From positions 58,097-122,096 of the IMG/VR virus record IMGVR_UViG_3300005573_000063: DNA of 64,000 nt; one strand, written 5' to 3'. Shown here piece by piece: positions 48,648 through 57,357 of this stretch. The notes beneath the pieces were generated by a model. The model saw only the letters and a program-made list of their open reading frames with translations. It ran no database searches and was not told where the DNA came from. The DNA is from a virus. Position 1 is the first letter of the stretch, and each line of letters opens with the position of its first letter. The translations under genes and the position numbers were made by a program.

Positions 48648-48884
48648 GTGTCTGCATATGGAATTCTGAGACATATAGAAAAAGAACACCCCGAGTTTTT
48701 GTATTGGGATGCTGTATGTCGGATACTACAGGAAGAATCGCTAGAACATATTGAGGATTCTGTTAAAGCGGAGCGTAATGGATGGTGGTATATTGCCACT
48801 CATCGAGAGCTTCATAAACACAACCCTACAAATAGAATGAATAACGTACCTTTACGTTACCATAAGCATGGAGAAAATAAATGA
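48648..48884 (+). CDS. six-His small protein (array 2)
   Basis: GILRHIEKEH...HRELH...HKHG. Confidence 0.8.
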   Translation: MSAYGILRHIEKEHPEFLYWDAVCRILQEESLEHIEDSVKAERNGWWYIATHRELHKHNPTNRMNNVPLRYHKHGENK

Positions 48885-49075
48885 ACGCCTCTCATCCCTC
48901 CCCGTCTTCAGGATTATGGCGTCATTTAACTGAGTTTCATTATTGGCCCATAGGGTCATATAGAAACCATTCATACAAAATATTTTTAGCGATGCACTCC
49001 CAGGATCATCGCCAACAAAGTTTCTTTGAACATAATAAAATTTTAAAACATGAGCACGGCAATGCGAGTAAGTAG
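48881..49075 (+). CDS. six-His small protein (array 2)
   Basis: SGLWRHLTEFH...HSQDH...HEHG. Confidence 0.8.
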   Translation: MNASHPSPSSGLWRHLTEFHYWPIGSYRNHSYKIFLAMHSQDHRQQSFFEHNKILKHEHGNASK

Positions 49076-49271
49076 ATATCCAAAAGAAAATTCTGGACTT
49101 TGGAAACACCTTGTACAATACCATGTACGATACTATTCATGGACTAACGATAATAGAGTAAATGCTACAATACTTCAGTTTTTGAAATACCACATAAGGG
49201 ATCATAATTTAGGAAAACGAGACTTTGACAATCCTAACGCAGAATATTACCACATACATGGTCAAAAGTGA
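49050..49271 (+). CDS. six-His small protein (array 2)
   Basis: SGLWKHLVQYH...HIRDH...HIHG; start uncertain. Confidence 0.78.
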   Translation: MSTAMRVSRYPKENSGLWKHLVQYHVRYYSWTNDNRVNATILQFLKYHIRDHNLGKRDFDNPNAEYYHIHGQK

Positions 49272-49423
49272 CCGGATAGGTAATTAACTCCCTGTATGAT
49301 TCATATGTAGTGAAGATTTTTTTGTTTTTACTACAAAAAATAGAGTTGTCTCTCCATCTTACACACTATATCACGCAGATGAGGAAGACGCAAGAATTAC
49401 TTACCAATCTCCAAGAAGGAAAT

Positions 49424-52372
49424 ATGGCCTACGATCCATCTAATTATTCTGCTCGAAGAGAACTAGAGAGAATACGCAAGAATCCTCCGGTTGGCTCCAA
49501 CAACCCCCTAGAACGTCGTCTAGAGAACCGAAGAATGCTCCAGCAGGGAAGGAGCGGTGAATTAACAAGTGCTATGAATCATATTTCATCGGCTCTTTAC
49601 CCGGAGCCGGGATCAAGTCGAGGAATAGTGCTTCCTGAAGGGAGAAATCGCCTTAATAATTTCTCTGAAGGTCGCACCCTGGGAATGGGAAGAGAAAGCG
49701 CAGCTAATCAAGAACTAATGTCTCAGATGAAAAGGCGTGGAGGAAACACACGTACTGCTGCAGCCTTTGGAACTGATTCACAGTGGGCATGGCCTAAGTT
49801 GCACGATCCTTTCGAGTATTGGAGGGAACGTTGTGTCTTACCAGGCCAGGATATCACTCTCCGAGATGGTTCTAAGAAAATAGAAGATATTCAAGAGGGT
49901 GAATTTGCACTTACCCATATGAGTCGCTTCCGAGAAGTCTGTAAAACGATGAACAGAGAGTATGATGGAACGATTTTTAATATTAAACCTCGTTATCATC
50001 GTCCTATCAGGGTGACCGAAGGTCACAAGATATGGAGTAAAAGAAACAATATCCAACAATGGATCAAATCCGAAGACTTAACTCTAGAGGATCTTTTATT
50101 GATCCCAGTAGATAGAACAGTTCAAGATCAAAATTCTATTTCTATTTGGGATAGTGAAGAAACTCCAGAGGGATTTTGGGTAAAAATTGAATCTATCCAA
50201 TCTTCTCATTACAATGGGTTAGTTTATAACCTTTCAGTGAAAGAAGATCATAGCTTTACTTGCAATGACATTGCAATAAGTAACTGCTGGTGGTTTGATA
50301 TGGAGGATCCCGAAGAGCAGCAAGTTAAGATACGAGACTGGGTACGTCTTATGTATGTTACCCACTATCTTGTACCAGGACTTATTGACATCTATACTAG
50401 ATGGCCTTTGCAAGATATCGAGCTTGTACATAAAGACAAAAGACTTGTCGGATTCTACGAAGATCTGTTCTTCAACAGCATGGACTATGAAGACCATCTA
50501 TTCAATATGGGTAGAGAATTCTGGCTTACTGGTGAAGTATTCTCCCTTGGTTCATGGCATGAAGGTATTGGTATGTGGGATGATGATGAGATTATTAATC
50601 CCAACGATGTAGTAGTAGCACGCAATAGGGCATTAAGAACTTATCAATACCATGTAAAGATTCCTTCTGAAATAAGAAAACTTATTGACACTCGTGATCC
50701 TGCTGCAGAATATGCAACCCTAGTGGAACTGTATCCAGATATTATTGCATGGGCACGAGAAGACAACGAAATCCCTGTTTCCGATGTTCTAATGAAACAG
50801 CAGAAATTTAGTACCTCACCATGGAGCCAGCATGGTACCCCTTTGCTTCTTCGTGCATTCCGTGTGTTAATGCTTGAAGAGAGCCTTAATGCTGCTCAGG
50901 ATGCAATCTGCGACCGGCTTTACAGCCCTCTTATTCTAGCTACATTGGGACTGCCTGATGTTGACGAAGATGGTCCATGGATTCCTACACAAGCTGAACT
51001 ACAGGCATTGCGTGATGACCTTGGATTAGCTATTAACTCGGACTTCCGACTTATGGTTTATCACCACGGTCTAAAGATAGAAAATGCTTTTGGTAGAGAA
51101 GCTATGCCAAGAATGGATCAAGACTTCATTCGAGTAGAATCACGCCTTATGCAGGTATTCGGTATTGGTGCAGAAATGTTGCAAGGAGGGCGCAATACTT
51201 CAGGTACTTACGCTTCAGGTGCTCTTAATAGAGAACTTATCACTCAGATGCTTGAAAGCTATCAGATTAACCAAAAGAAGTTCTTAAGAGAAAGAATGGA
51301 ACCTGTATCAGAAGCGCAAGAATTCTATGAGTACGAGCGTGTAGGTGGAAGAATGGTTCCTGTTATGGAAACTGTTCTTGAAATAGATCCTGAAAGTGGC
51401 GAAGAATACATTAGAGAAAAGCCAAAGCTGGCTCTTCCCGAGGTACGCTTTAAGACTATGAACTTGCGTGATGAGAATACCGAAAGACAGTTCTTATTTC
51501 AGTTGCAACAAGTTGGATTCCCTATCTCTTATGGATCACTTGCAGTTAATCTTCCTATCGACTTCAACGAGGAAGCACAAACTCGTAAGCGTGAGAAGAC
51601 AGATATGGTTATTGCGGAACAGCAATACAAGAAAGACCTATTCCAGCGTCTTACTTATGAAAATCTTCCTATTCCACCAGAATTGGCGCAAGAATACCAA
51701 ATCTATCTTCAGCAGTACCACCCTGACAAGGTTCAACAGTCCATGTCCACTATGCAGAGCCTCGCAGGGGACCCTGCAATGGGGCAACCGACTGCAGATA
51801 TATCTGGTGCTCCTATGACGCCAGACTTATTGTATCCAGGCAACGTGGGCGATGGACAGTTCGATATGCAGCAGATGCAAGAAGAAGCTAAGGAACAAGC
51901 ATCTGCTCAAGGCCAAGGTGGAGGCTATGCACCACCAGAATCATATGAACAGGCAGGAACTAGAGCCAAAAGAGATGCCATAAGGGATCGCAACAAGAGG
52001 GAAGCTGCAGCTCAAAAAGAAGCAGGAATTCCTTCGGTTCTAGATCCCAATTTCAAATATGATTTTGATTATGTCAAGCCATCTGCTGTTCTATTTGATA
52101 CTAGAGAATCTCCACTAGAGAGAGTATATTATGGCGCCAGAATGAAGTTTGGTGCTCCTCAAGGATCTGAAAAGATCATAAAGATGCGTCTTCCTGCAGG
52201 TGCCAAAGTAAGGCGCAATGAAGACATTTCTCATTTTACAGAAACAGCATTTAAAAAGCAGGCTAAATACGCTCTATCCTATGAAGACCAGAATCCTAAT
52301 GTGGATGAGGCAGATCAACCTGAACCTGTTGTGAAAGAAAATCAGGAAGGTCTGTCCGATATGGACAACTAA
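49424..52372 (+). CDS. portal protein with mini-intein
   Basis: IDIYTRWP, EFWLTGEV, HGTPLLLRAFR..EESL..AQDAICDRLYSPLILATLG resembles actinophage myovirus portals; start ATG 49424 after AAGGA (ORF open from 49310). Confidence 0.8.
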   Translation: MAYDPSNYSARRELERIRKNPPVGSNNPLERRLENRRMLQQGRSGELTSAMNHISSALYPEPGSSRGIVLPEGRNRLNNFSEGRTLGMGRESAANQELMSQMKRRGGNTRTAAAFGTDSQWAWPKLHDPFEYWRERCVLPGQDITLRDGSKKIEDIQEGEFALTHMSRFREVCKTMNREYDGTIFNIKPRYHRPIRVTEGHKIWSKRNNIQQWIKSEDLTLEDLLLIPVDRTVQDQNSISIWDSEETPEGFWVKIESIQSSHYNGLVYNLSVKEDHSFTCNDIAISNCWWFDMEDPEEQQVKIRDWVRLMYVTHYLVPGLIDIYTRWPLQDIELVHKDKRLVGFYEDLFFNSMDYEDHLFNMGREFWLTGEVFSLGSWHEGIGMWDDDEIINPNDVVVARNRALRTYQYHVKIPSEIRKLIDTRDPAAEYATLVELYPDIIAWAREDNEIPVSDVLMKQQKFSTSPWSQHGTPLLLRAFRVLMLEESLNAAQDAICDRLYSPLILATLGLPDVDEDGPWIPTQAELQALRDDLGLAINSDFRLMVYHHGLKIENAFGREAMPRMDQDFIRVESRLMQVFGIGAEMLQGGRNTSGTYASGALNRELITQMLESYQINQKKFLRERMEPVSEAQEFYEYERVGGRMVPVMETVLEIDPESGEEYIREKPKLALPEVRFKTMNLRDENTERQFLFQLQQVGFPISYGSLAVNLPIDFNEEAQTRKREKTDMVIAEQQYKKDLFQRLTYENLPIPPELAQEYQIYLQQYHPDKVQQSMSTMQSLAGDPAMGQPTADISGAPMTPDLLYPGNVGDGQFDMQQMQEEAKEQASAQGQGGGYAPPESYEQAGTRAKRDAIRDRNKREAAAQKEAGIPSVLDPNFKYDFDYVKPSAVLFDTRESPLERVYYGARMKFGAPQGSEKIIKMRLPAGAKVRRNEDISHFTETAFKKQAKYALSYEDQNPNVDEADQPEPVVKENQEGLSDMDN
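49832..50284 (+). mobile_element. mini-intein (151 aa) in the portal
   Basis: starts C-VLPGQDI...KKIEDI..GE, block B VTEGHKI, ends VYNLSVKEDHSFTCNDIAISN with Cys +1; no homing endonuclease. Confidence 0.88.
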
Positions 52373-52395
52373 CTTTCTAGAAGAAATGTTGATTA

Positions 52396-52914
52396 ATGGC
52401 TACTAGCTACCCTGCATCTCTTGATACTTTTCATGATCCATTGTCTACGGACACTATGGCTAATAGTACCACGCCTCACCTGGACCAGCATGGCAATATA
52501 AATGATGCAGTAGCGGCTATAGAAACTGCTGTTGGTATAACCGGTGCGTTTAATTTTGTCTCTGCTGGTGCATTAACTTCTAGAACTTTTGCCATAGCTG
52601 GTGCAATTACTGTACCTTCCGGCAGTACTAATTACATCCCTCCATTCTTTGAACCTGTTTCAGCTAATACTACCAAGAGGTTGGTAGAAGTTCATTATAT
52701 TATAGAAACAGGAACCTCTGTTACATTTTCAGTGAACCAAAATGGAACTGGAATTACAGGGCTTAGTGCTCTTTCTGCCACTACTACTGCAGCTGGAACT
52801 GCACCTACTACACCTCCAAGTGTAGCTAATGGAGATTTATTTGCAATAGTAGTATCAGCCGTTTCTGGCTCTCCCGCAAATCTTACAGTTTCTCTTGTCT
52901 TTGAAACTCTATAA
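52396..52914 (+). CDS. virion fibre/structural protein
   Basis: YPASLDTF...HGNINDAVAAIETAVG N-terminus typical of phage fibre proteins; Thr/Ala-rich. Confidence 0.6.
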   Translation: MATSYPASLDTFHDPLSTDTMANSTTPHLDQHGNINDAVAAIETAVGITGAFNFVSAGALTSRTFAIAGAITVPSGSTNYIPPFFEPVSANTTKRLVEVHYIIETGTSVTFSVNQNGTGITGLSALSATTTAAGTAPTTPPSVANGDLFAIVVSAVSGSPANLTVSLVFETL

Positions 52915-52922
52915 GGGTAAAT

Positions 52923-54035
52923 ATGACTACTCCTCTTTTTGCAAACAATGCATCCACTACGGTTTCTTCTGGTGGAACTACCGCGCCTGCAGCAGGAACA
53001 GTAGAATCATGGACCGTAACTTCTACGGCTACCTTTCCTGCTGCTATAACGGGACGAATGAGTTTTAAAATTCAAGACCCCGCTGCGCCATCGGAGATCA
53101 TGGAGGTGACGAGCAACACTGATGTTACTCTCACCTCGGCTCTAACCGCCAACGGTGCGCCCACCTACACGGCCCTTCCGGTGACAGCGACTCCAGGAGC
53201 TATAGCGTTAGATGATGTCTTAATTCTTCAACCTGCACAGGGTTCTGGTCTTTTCCCTACTTCTTGCACTTCATCTGCTGCCACTGCTAGCGGAGTGACT
53301 TCTATCCCCGTAACCGGGTTCACACCATACCCGGACACATCTGGGAGTAACTCTTATGCTATTGGCACACTCGTTATAGATGAAACAAATCCAGCTGCCT
53401 TATGTCAAACTACATGGACAGTAGTACGAGGAGCTGAGGGAACAACTCCAGTTGTTCATACTACTGGGTTTACTATTGAAGGGGTGTTGTCCGCTACCCC
53501 TCTCACGGACCTGCTCCAGATGGCCGGGTTCTACCTCCCTTGCCTGACTACTAATCCGGTCGGGCAGCTTGCTCCTCTTTCCTCCCAGTCCCTCAACGGC
53601 CGTCAGGTACTTGCTCGCCTGTACGGTCCGGCGGCGGATGTCTCCAAGGTGCAGCTCAATGTGGTCACCACTTCAACGGGGTCCATCGATGTAGGCGTCT
53701 ACCAGGGCCACGGGATCGGAGTGGGAGACGGACAGTGCGCCCCAGGGAAACTGATGGTGCACACCGGGAACATCTCGGTGCCCGCTGCTGGAGTCGCCAC
53801 CATTTCGCTCGGGTCTACCGTCCGGGTGCGTCCTGGCGACTGGTTCTCCATCGCGTGCACCGATAACACGGCTTCGTTCACGTCAATGACGACCACCGCC
53901 GCCTACCCGCTGCAGTTCGGAACCGGGCAACTGTGGGGCCTCAGTGCCCCCAACCTCCCCGCTTCTCCCCCACTGCAGCCATACGCGCAAATCCAGAACA
54001 CCTACCAAGGAACCCCGTGGGCGGTGCTGATATGA
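52923..54035 (+). CDS. tail-fibre-like protein spanning the GC shift
   Basis: LFANNASTT...VVRGAEGTT..H N-terminal fibre motif; GC rises within the gene. Confidence 0.65.
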   Translation: MTTPLFANNASTTVSSGGTTAPAAGTVESWTVTSTATFPAAITGRMSFKIQDPAAPSEIMEVTSNTDVTLTSALTANGAPTYTALPVTATPGAIALDDVLILQPAQGSGLFPTSCTSSAATASGVTSIPVTGFTPYPDTSGSNSYAIGTLVIDETNPAALCQTTWTVVRGAEGTTPVVHTTGFTIEGVLSATPLTDLLQMAGFYLPCLTTNPVGQLAPLSSQSLNGRQVLARLYGPAADVSKVQLNVVTTSTGSIDVGVYQGHGIGVGDGQCAPGKLMVHTGNISVPAAGVATISLGSTVRVRPGDWFSIACTDNTASFTSMTTTAAYPLQFGTGQLWGLSAPNLPASPPLQPYAQIQNTYQGTPWAVLI

Positions 54036-54415
54036 GCACGACGAACACGATCACGTTGCCGGACCGGATCATCACGCAGACCGGCGAGCCGGCATGGGAC
54101 AACCCCACCGTATGGTCCTCGGAGAGCATCGAGTGGCTTCCGGGGTCGCCAGGGTATGAGGCGCAGCAGGGAGCGGCCAATCTCGCGGCTGCTCAGGCCG
54201 GCATCAACGCGCTGCTCGCGGCGCAGAGCGCGCTCGCGGCGCAGATCGCAACGGACGCTGCCATGTTTGCCGCGACCCCCGTCGGCTCGACGCTCACCTC
54301 CGAGCACATCGCTGCCCTCACACGCATGGTCAATGGATTCGGCACGACCATGCAGGCGATCACGGCCCATCTCCTCCTCACCGGGAACGCCCCTCCCACG
54401 ACTCCTCTGAGCTGA
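54032..54415 (+). CDS. hypothetical protein
   Basis: ATGA-coupled ORF with high GC3. Confidence 0.65.
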   Translation: MSTTNTITLPDRIITQTGEPAWDNPTVWSSESIEWLPGSPGYEAQQGAANLAAAQAGINALLAAQSALAAQIATDAAMFAATPVGSTLTSEHIAALTRMVNGFGTTMQAITAHLLLTGNAPPTTPLS

Positions 54416-54416
54416 T

Positions 54417-55403
54417 ATGGCGCTACCCCGGAGCCTCCCTACGGCGCTTCCCGGCACTTCAACCGGGGGCGGCACCACCCTCACCGGCTCCGGCACACTC
54501 CTCGGCGCTGCGGGGCTCACTGGCACCGGGAAGGTCGTCCTCGCGGGCCACGGCACCTTCGGCGCATCGGCACCCGTTGCCGGCCCCGGCTCTCTCGTCC
54601 TCCACGGCAGCGCGGCTCTGCTCGGCTCCGCGGGTTCCTCGGGCTCCGGCTCCTCCACCTCCTCGGCGCACGGCTCCGGTAGCCTCACGGCCAGCGCGGC
54701 GTTGTCGGGCCACGGCTCGATCGTGCTCACCGGCCACGGCTCCCTCGGGGCCTCTGCGGGGGGATCGGGCTCGGGCACCCTCAACGGCGCGCAGACCGGC
54801 CATGCCACGCTTCTCGCCTCCGCAGCGCTCGCTGGCCACGGCACGGTCGCTCTCCACGGGTCCGGTACCCTCGGCGCTGCACAGGCTCTCACGGGGACCG
54901 GCCACGTCGTCGTTCACGGCTCGGGGTCCTTCCTCGCCTCGACGAGCTTCACCGGGAGCGCATCGGGTTCGAGCGTCGTCATCGCGCCGGTGCTCCTGAC
55001 CGCAACCGTCACCCAGCCGACGGTGCTCGTGGCGACCGTCCTCGCGAACACCTACGACCCCGCCACAAGGAGGATCGTGAGCCCCCAGCCGCCCATCCCG
55101 TCCGTGCTTGCGGGCGACCTCGTGCTCTTCCAGCTCGTCGTCTCGCGCGGGGGGTCCCCGGTCGTGCCTGGTGGCGTGACCTTCAACTACGTCGTGCCGA
55201 GCACCGGCGCGACGGTGACGCTCACGTACTCGGGCGCGACCTCGATCGCCACGGGAGTCGTCGCCCAGCCCACCGCTGGGACCTTCGTGGCTCAGGTGGA
55301 CACGACTGGCGAGCCAGGTCCTTGGGAAGCATGGTGGGAGACCACGGGGACGGGACAGGGCGTGGTGTCTTCTCCGCTGATCGTACTGCCCGATCCTTCC
55401 TGA
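54417..55403 (+). CDS. Gly/Ala/Ser-rich repeat virion protein
   Basis: imperfect xHGxGxLxAxAxLxG repeats and a C-terminal Ig-like beta domain. Confidence 0.65.
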   Translation: MALPRSLPTALPGTSTGGGTTLTGSGTLLGAAGLTGTGKVVLAGHGTFGASAPVAGPGSLVLHGSAALLGSAGSSGSGSSTSSAHGSGSLTASAALSGHGSIVLTGHGSLGASAGGSGSGTLNGAQTGHATLLASAALAGHGTVALHGSGTLGAAQALTGTGHVVVHGSGSFLASTSFTGSASGSSVVIAPVLLTATVTQPTVLVATVLANTYDPATRRIVSPQPPIPSVLAGDLVLFQLVVSRGGSPVVPGGVTFNYVVPSTGATVTLTYSGATSIATGVVAQPTAGTFVAQVDTTGEPGPWEAWWETTGTGQGVVSSPLIVLPDPS

Positions 55404-55707
55404 CGGCCCCGACCCACCAGGTGGTCCACACGAGCGCTGCGCAGGTCAGCCAGAGCGCCACGGCAGCGCACTTCACGAAGATCACCACCACGAGCGCGGT
55501 CACCCGGACCGCGAGCACCGTCCCCTTCACCGTCCAGAACAGCACCATCAGCGGGAACATCACGCAGCCGGTGCCGACGAACCACGACGAGGAGCGGCCC
55601 GGCGGGAAGATGGCGGCGGACGCCTTGGTCATATCCACCGCTCCCGCCAGGTCGAGGTAGCGGTGCACCTGGTCGTGCACGGACTCCGGCATCTCGCGGC
55701 GAGCCAT
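55222..55707 (-). CDS. possible membrane protein downstream of the integrase
   Basis: GGAGGG RBS just after the integrase stop; hydrophobic core; overlaps the 3' end of the convergent gene. Confidence 0.4.
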   Translation of the reverse strand: MARREMPESVHDQVHRYLDLAGAVDMTKASAAIFPPGRSSSWFVGTGCVMFPLMVLFWTVKGTVLAVRVTALVVVIFVKCAAVALWLTCAALVWTTWWVGAVRKDRAVRSAEKTPRPVPSPWSPTMLPKDLARQSCPPEPRRSQRWAGRRLPWRSRSRPST

Positions 55708-55716
55708 CTGCCCTCC

Positions 55717-56643
55717 CTACGCGGCCGGCGCTTCCGGCTCGCCCATGTACCTGCGCAGGTCGATCACGCCCGAGAAGGGCAAGTAGACCTGCGTCGTCGC
55801 GATGCTCGCATGTCCGAGCGCCGTCTGCACGTCTCGGAGGCTCGCACCGGCGTCGAGCAGCCGTCGAGCGAACGTGTGGCGCAGCGCGTGGCCCGTCTCG
55901 TTGACGCCCGCGCGTGCCAGCACCTCCGCGACGAGCTTGGCCGTGGAGTGCGGGTTCAGGCCGCTGCCGACCATGCTGCGCTTGTTCGTCTCGCTGAGGA
56001 CGAGCTGGCCGGCACCACGCCCGCGCTCGCCCAGGTAGTCCTCGATCGACTGCGCGCACGCGTCGGTGAGCGGGAGCACCCGTTCGTGACCACCCTTGCC
56101 GTGCCGAACGACGAGAGTGCGCTGGGCCAGGTCGGCATCAGCCAGCTCAAGCCCTGCGACCTCCTGGGCACGCAGGCCCTCGTCGAGCATGAGCCGCACC
56201 AGGACCGCCTCTCGCAGCGTCAGGTCTGCACCGAGCACACGGGCGACCTGGGCATCGGAGAGCGAGCGGGGGACCGACCGAGGCTTGCGCGGGCCGCGCA
56301 GCCCCGCGGTGGGGTCGCGCTCCGCATGGCCCTCGATGACGCACCAGGAGAAGAAGCCGTGCACGGTGGAGAGCCGTAGCCGGACCGTCGCGGGAGCCAC
56401 TCTGAGGCCAGCGAGCCACGCTTGCAGGTCCGCCCGCTCCACGGAGTCCAGGCGCCGGTGCGCCCCGACGGCCGCGGCGAACGGGCGCAGCGCCTCTCGG
56501 AACACCCGTGCCGTCTCCGGCCTCACCTCTCGGCGGTCCACCCGCGCCCGCACGTACAGCTCGACGGCTTCTCCCAGCAACATCGGCATCCTTGCCACCT
56601 TTCGTCGGTCGGTCTCTAACAGCTGGCGGTCCTGGTCGATCAA
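55717..56643 (-). CDS. int: tyrosine integrase/recombinase (XerC/D-like)
   Basis: GLRAQEV, GKGGHER, HALRHTFA, LGHASIATTQVY. Confidence 0.93.
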   Translation of the reverse strand: MIDQDRQLLETDRRKVARMPMLLGEAVELYVRARVDRREVRPETARVFREALRPFAAAVGAHRRLDSVERADLQAWLAGLRVAPATVRLRLSTVHGFFSWCVIEGHAERDPTAGLRGPRKPRSVPRSLSDAQVARVLGADLTLREAVLVRLMLDEGLRAQEVAGLELADADLAQRTLVVRHGKGGHERVLPLTDACAQSIEDYLGERGRGAGQLVLSETNKRSMVGSGLNPHSTAKLVAEVLARAGVNETGHALRHTFARRLLDAGASLRDVQTALGHASIATTQVYLPFSGVIDLRRYMGEPEAPAA

Positions 56644-56697
56644 GCGCCCTCAGCGGGCGCCAAAAAGGTAGGCTGCCCTGCTGATGGCGTCGTGCAT

Positions 56698-57021
56698 CTA
56701 CTTCCGGCTCGGACCGGCCCGCTCGCGGAGTAGTGCGGCTGCCACGCGGGCCTCGGCGGCCACGGCCGGCGACAGGTCTTGGAGGGTGACCCCGAGCACC
56801 GCTGCCAGCCCCGCGGCGACCACGAGATCGACACGCTCAGCCCTAACGGCACCCACCTCGTAGTTCCTAATGGTCTCTGGCGTCACCTGCGACCGCGGGG
56901 GGACGACCCCGCGGAGCCGGAAGCTGACCTCCATCGAAGAGAGCCCCTGACGGTTGCGCTCCTCGCGCAGCCGCTGGCCGAACGTCGCACCTGCTTGCTT
57001 GGTCTTGCGTGTAGTGGTCAT
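56698..57021 (-). CDS. XRE-family HTH repressor
   Basis: FGQRLREERNRQGLS...TIRNYEVG...LAAVLGVTLQDL; probable leaderless start. Confidence 0.85.
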   Translation of the reverse strand: MTTTRKTKQAGATFGQRLREERNRQGLSSMEVSFRLRGVVPPRSQVTPETIRNYEVGAVRAERVDLVVAAGLAAVLGVTLQDLSPAVAAEARVAAALLRERAGPSRK

Positions 57022-57105
57022 GGCAAGAAGCTTGCCATAGTTGCTTGGGACGGTCAAGAGAATCCGCGAGCGGTGCTTGACAACCAAGATTCTTGTCACT
57101 AGGTT
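57020..57105. promoter_or_regulatory. divergent promoters and operators of the lysis-lysogeny switch
   Basis: rightward TTGACA-17-TAGGTT (57077-57105), leftward TTGACC-17-CAAGCT; CAAG-N3-CTTG palindromes at 57024-57034 and 57085-57095. Confidence 0.7.
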
Positions 57106-57111
57106 CTGGGT

Positions 57112-57357
57112 ATGGCTCCCTCACGACTCGACCTGCTCGCGCGCAGCTTTCCCGGTGACCTGTACGTGTGGCTTCGGACGCAGCGCCGCACGGGCGCCTC
57201 CTACGCCAAGGTCGCCAAGATGCTCCTCAACCAGTACGGCACGGAGGTGTCCGAGGAGACAGCGCGGGCGTGGTGCAAGGTCGCGTTCGACCGGGAACTG
57301 GCCGAGGGCGCGGAGAACTACGCAGGGGCCGCACGAGCGATGGACGCGGCCGAGTGA
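57112..57357 (+). CDS. Cro-like HTH protein
   Basis: divergent from the repressor; GASYAKVAKML...VSEETARAW. Confidence 0.7.
   Translation: MAPSRLDLLARSFPGDLYVWLRTQRRTGASYAKVAKMLLNQYGTEVSEETARAWCKVAFDRELAEGAENYAGAARAMDAAE

Noticed and set aside
43394-49271. CRISPR-like or integron-like array interpretation of the ~210-bp periodicity
   Set aside because: The units are coupled protein-coding ORFs. There are no identical DNA repeats, attC-like palindromes, cas genes or integron integrase.
32298-49271. Diversity-generating retroelement as the source of His-protein variability
   Set aside because: No reverse transcriptase and no TR/VR pair differing only at adenines seen in this window.
43394-49271. 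Stop-codon recoding joining the small ORFs into one long repeat protein
   Set aside because: The ORFs lie in shifting frames with ATGA/TAATG overlaps and individual RBSs and use all three stops; core genes read normally in the standard code.
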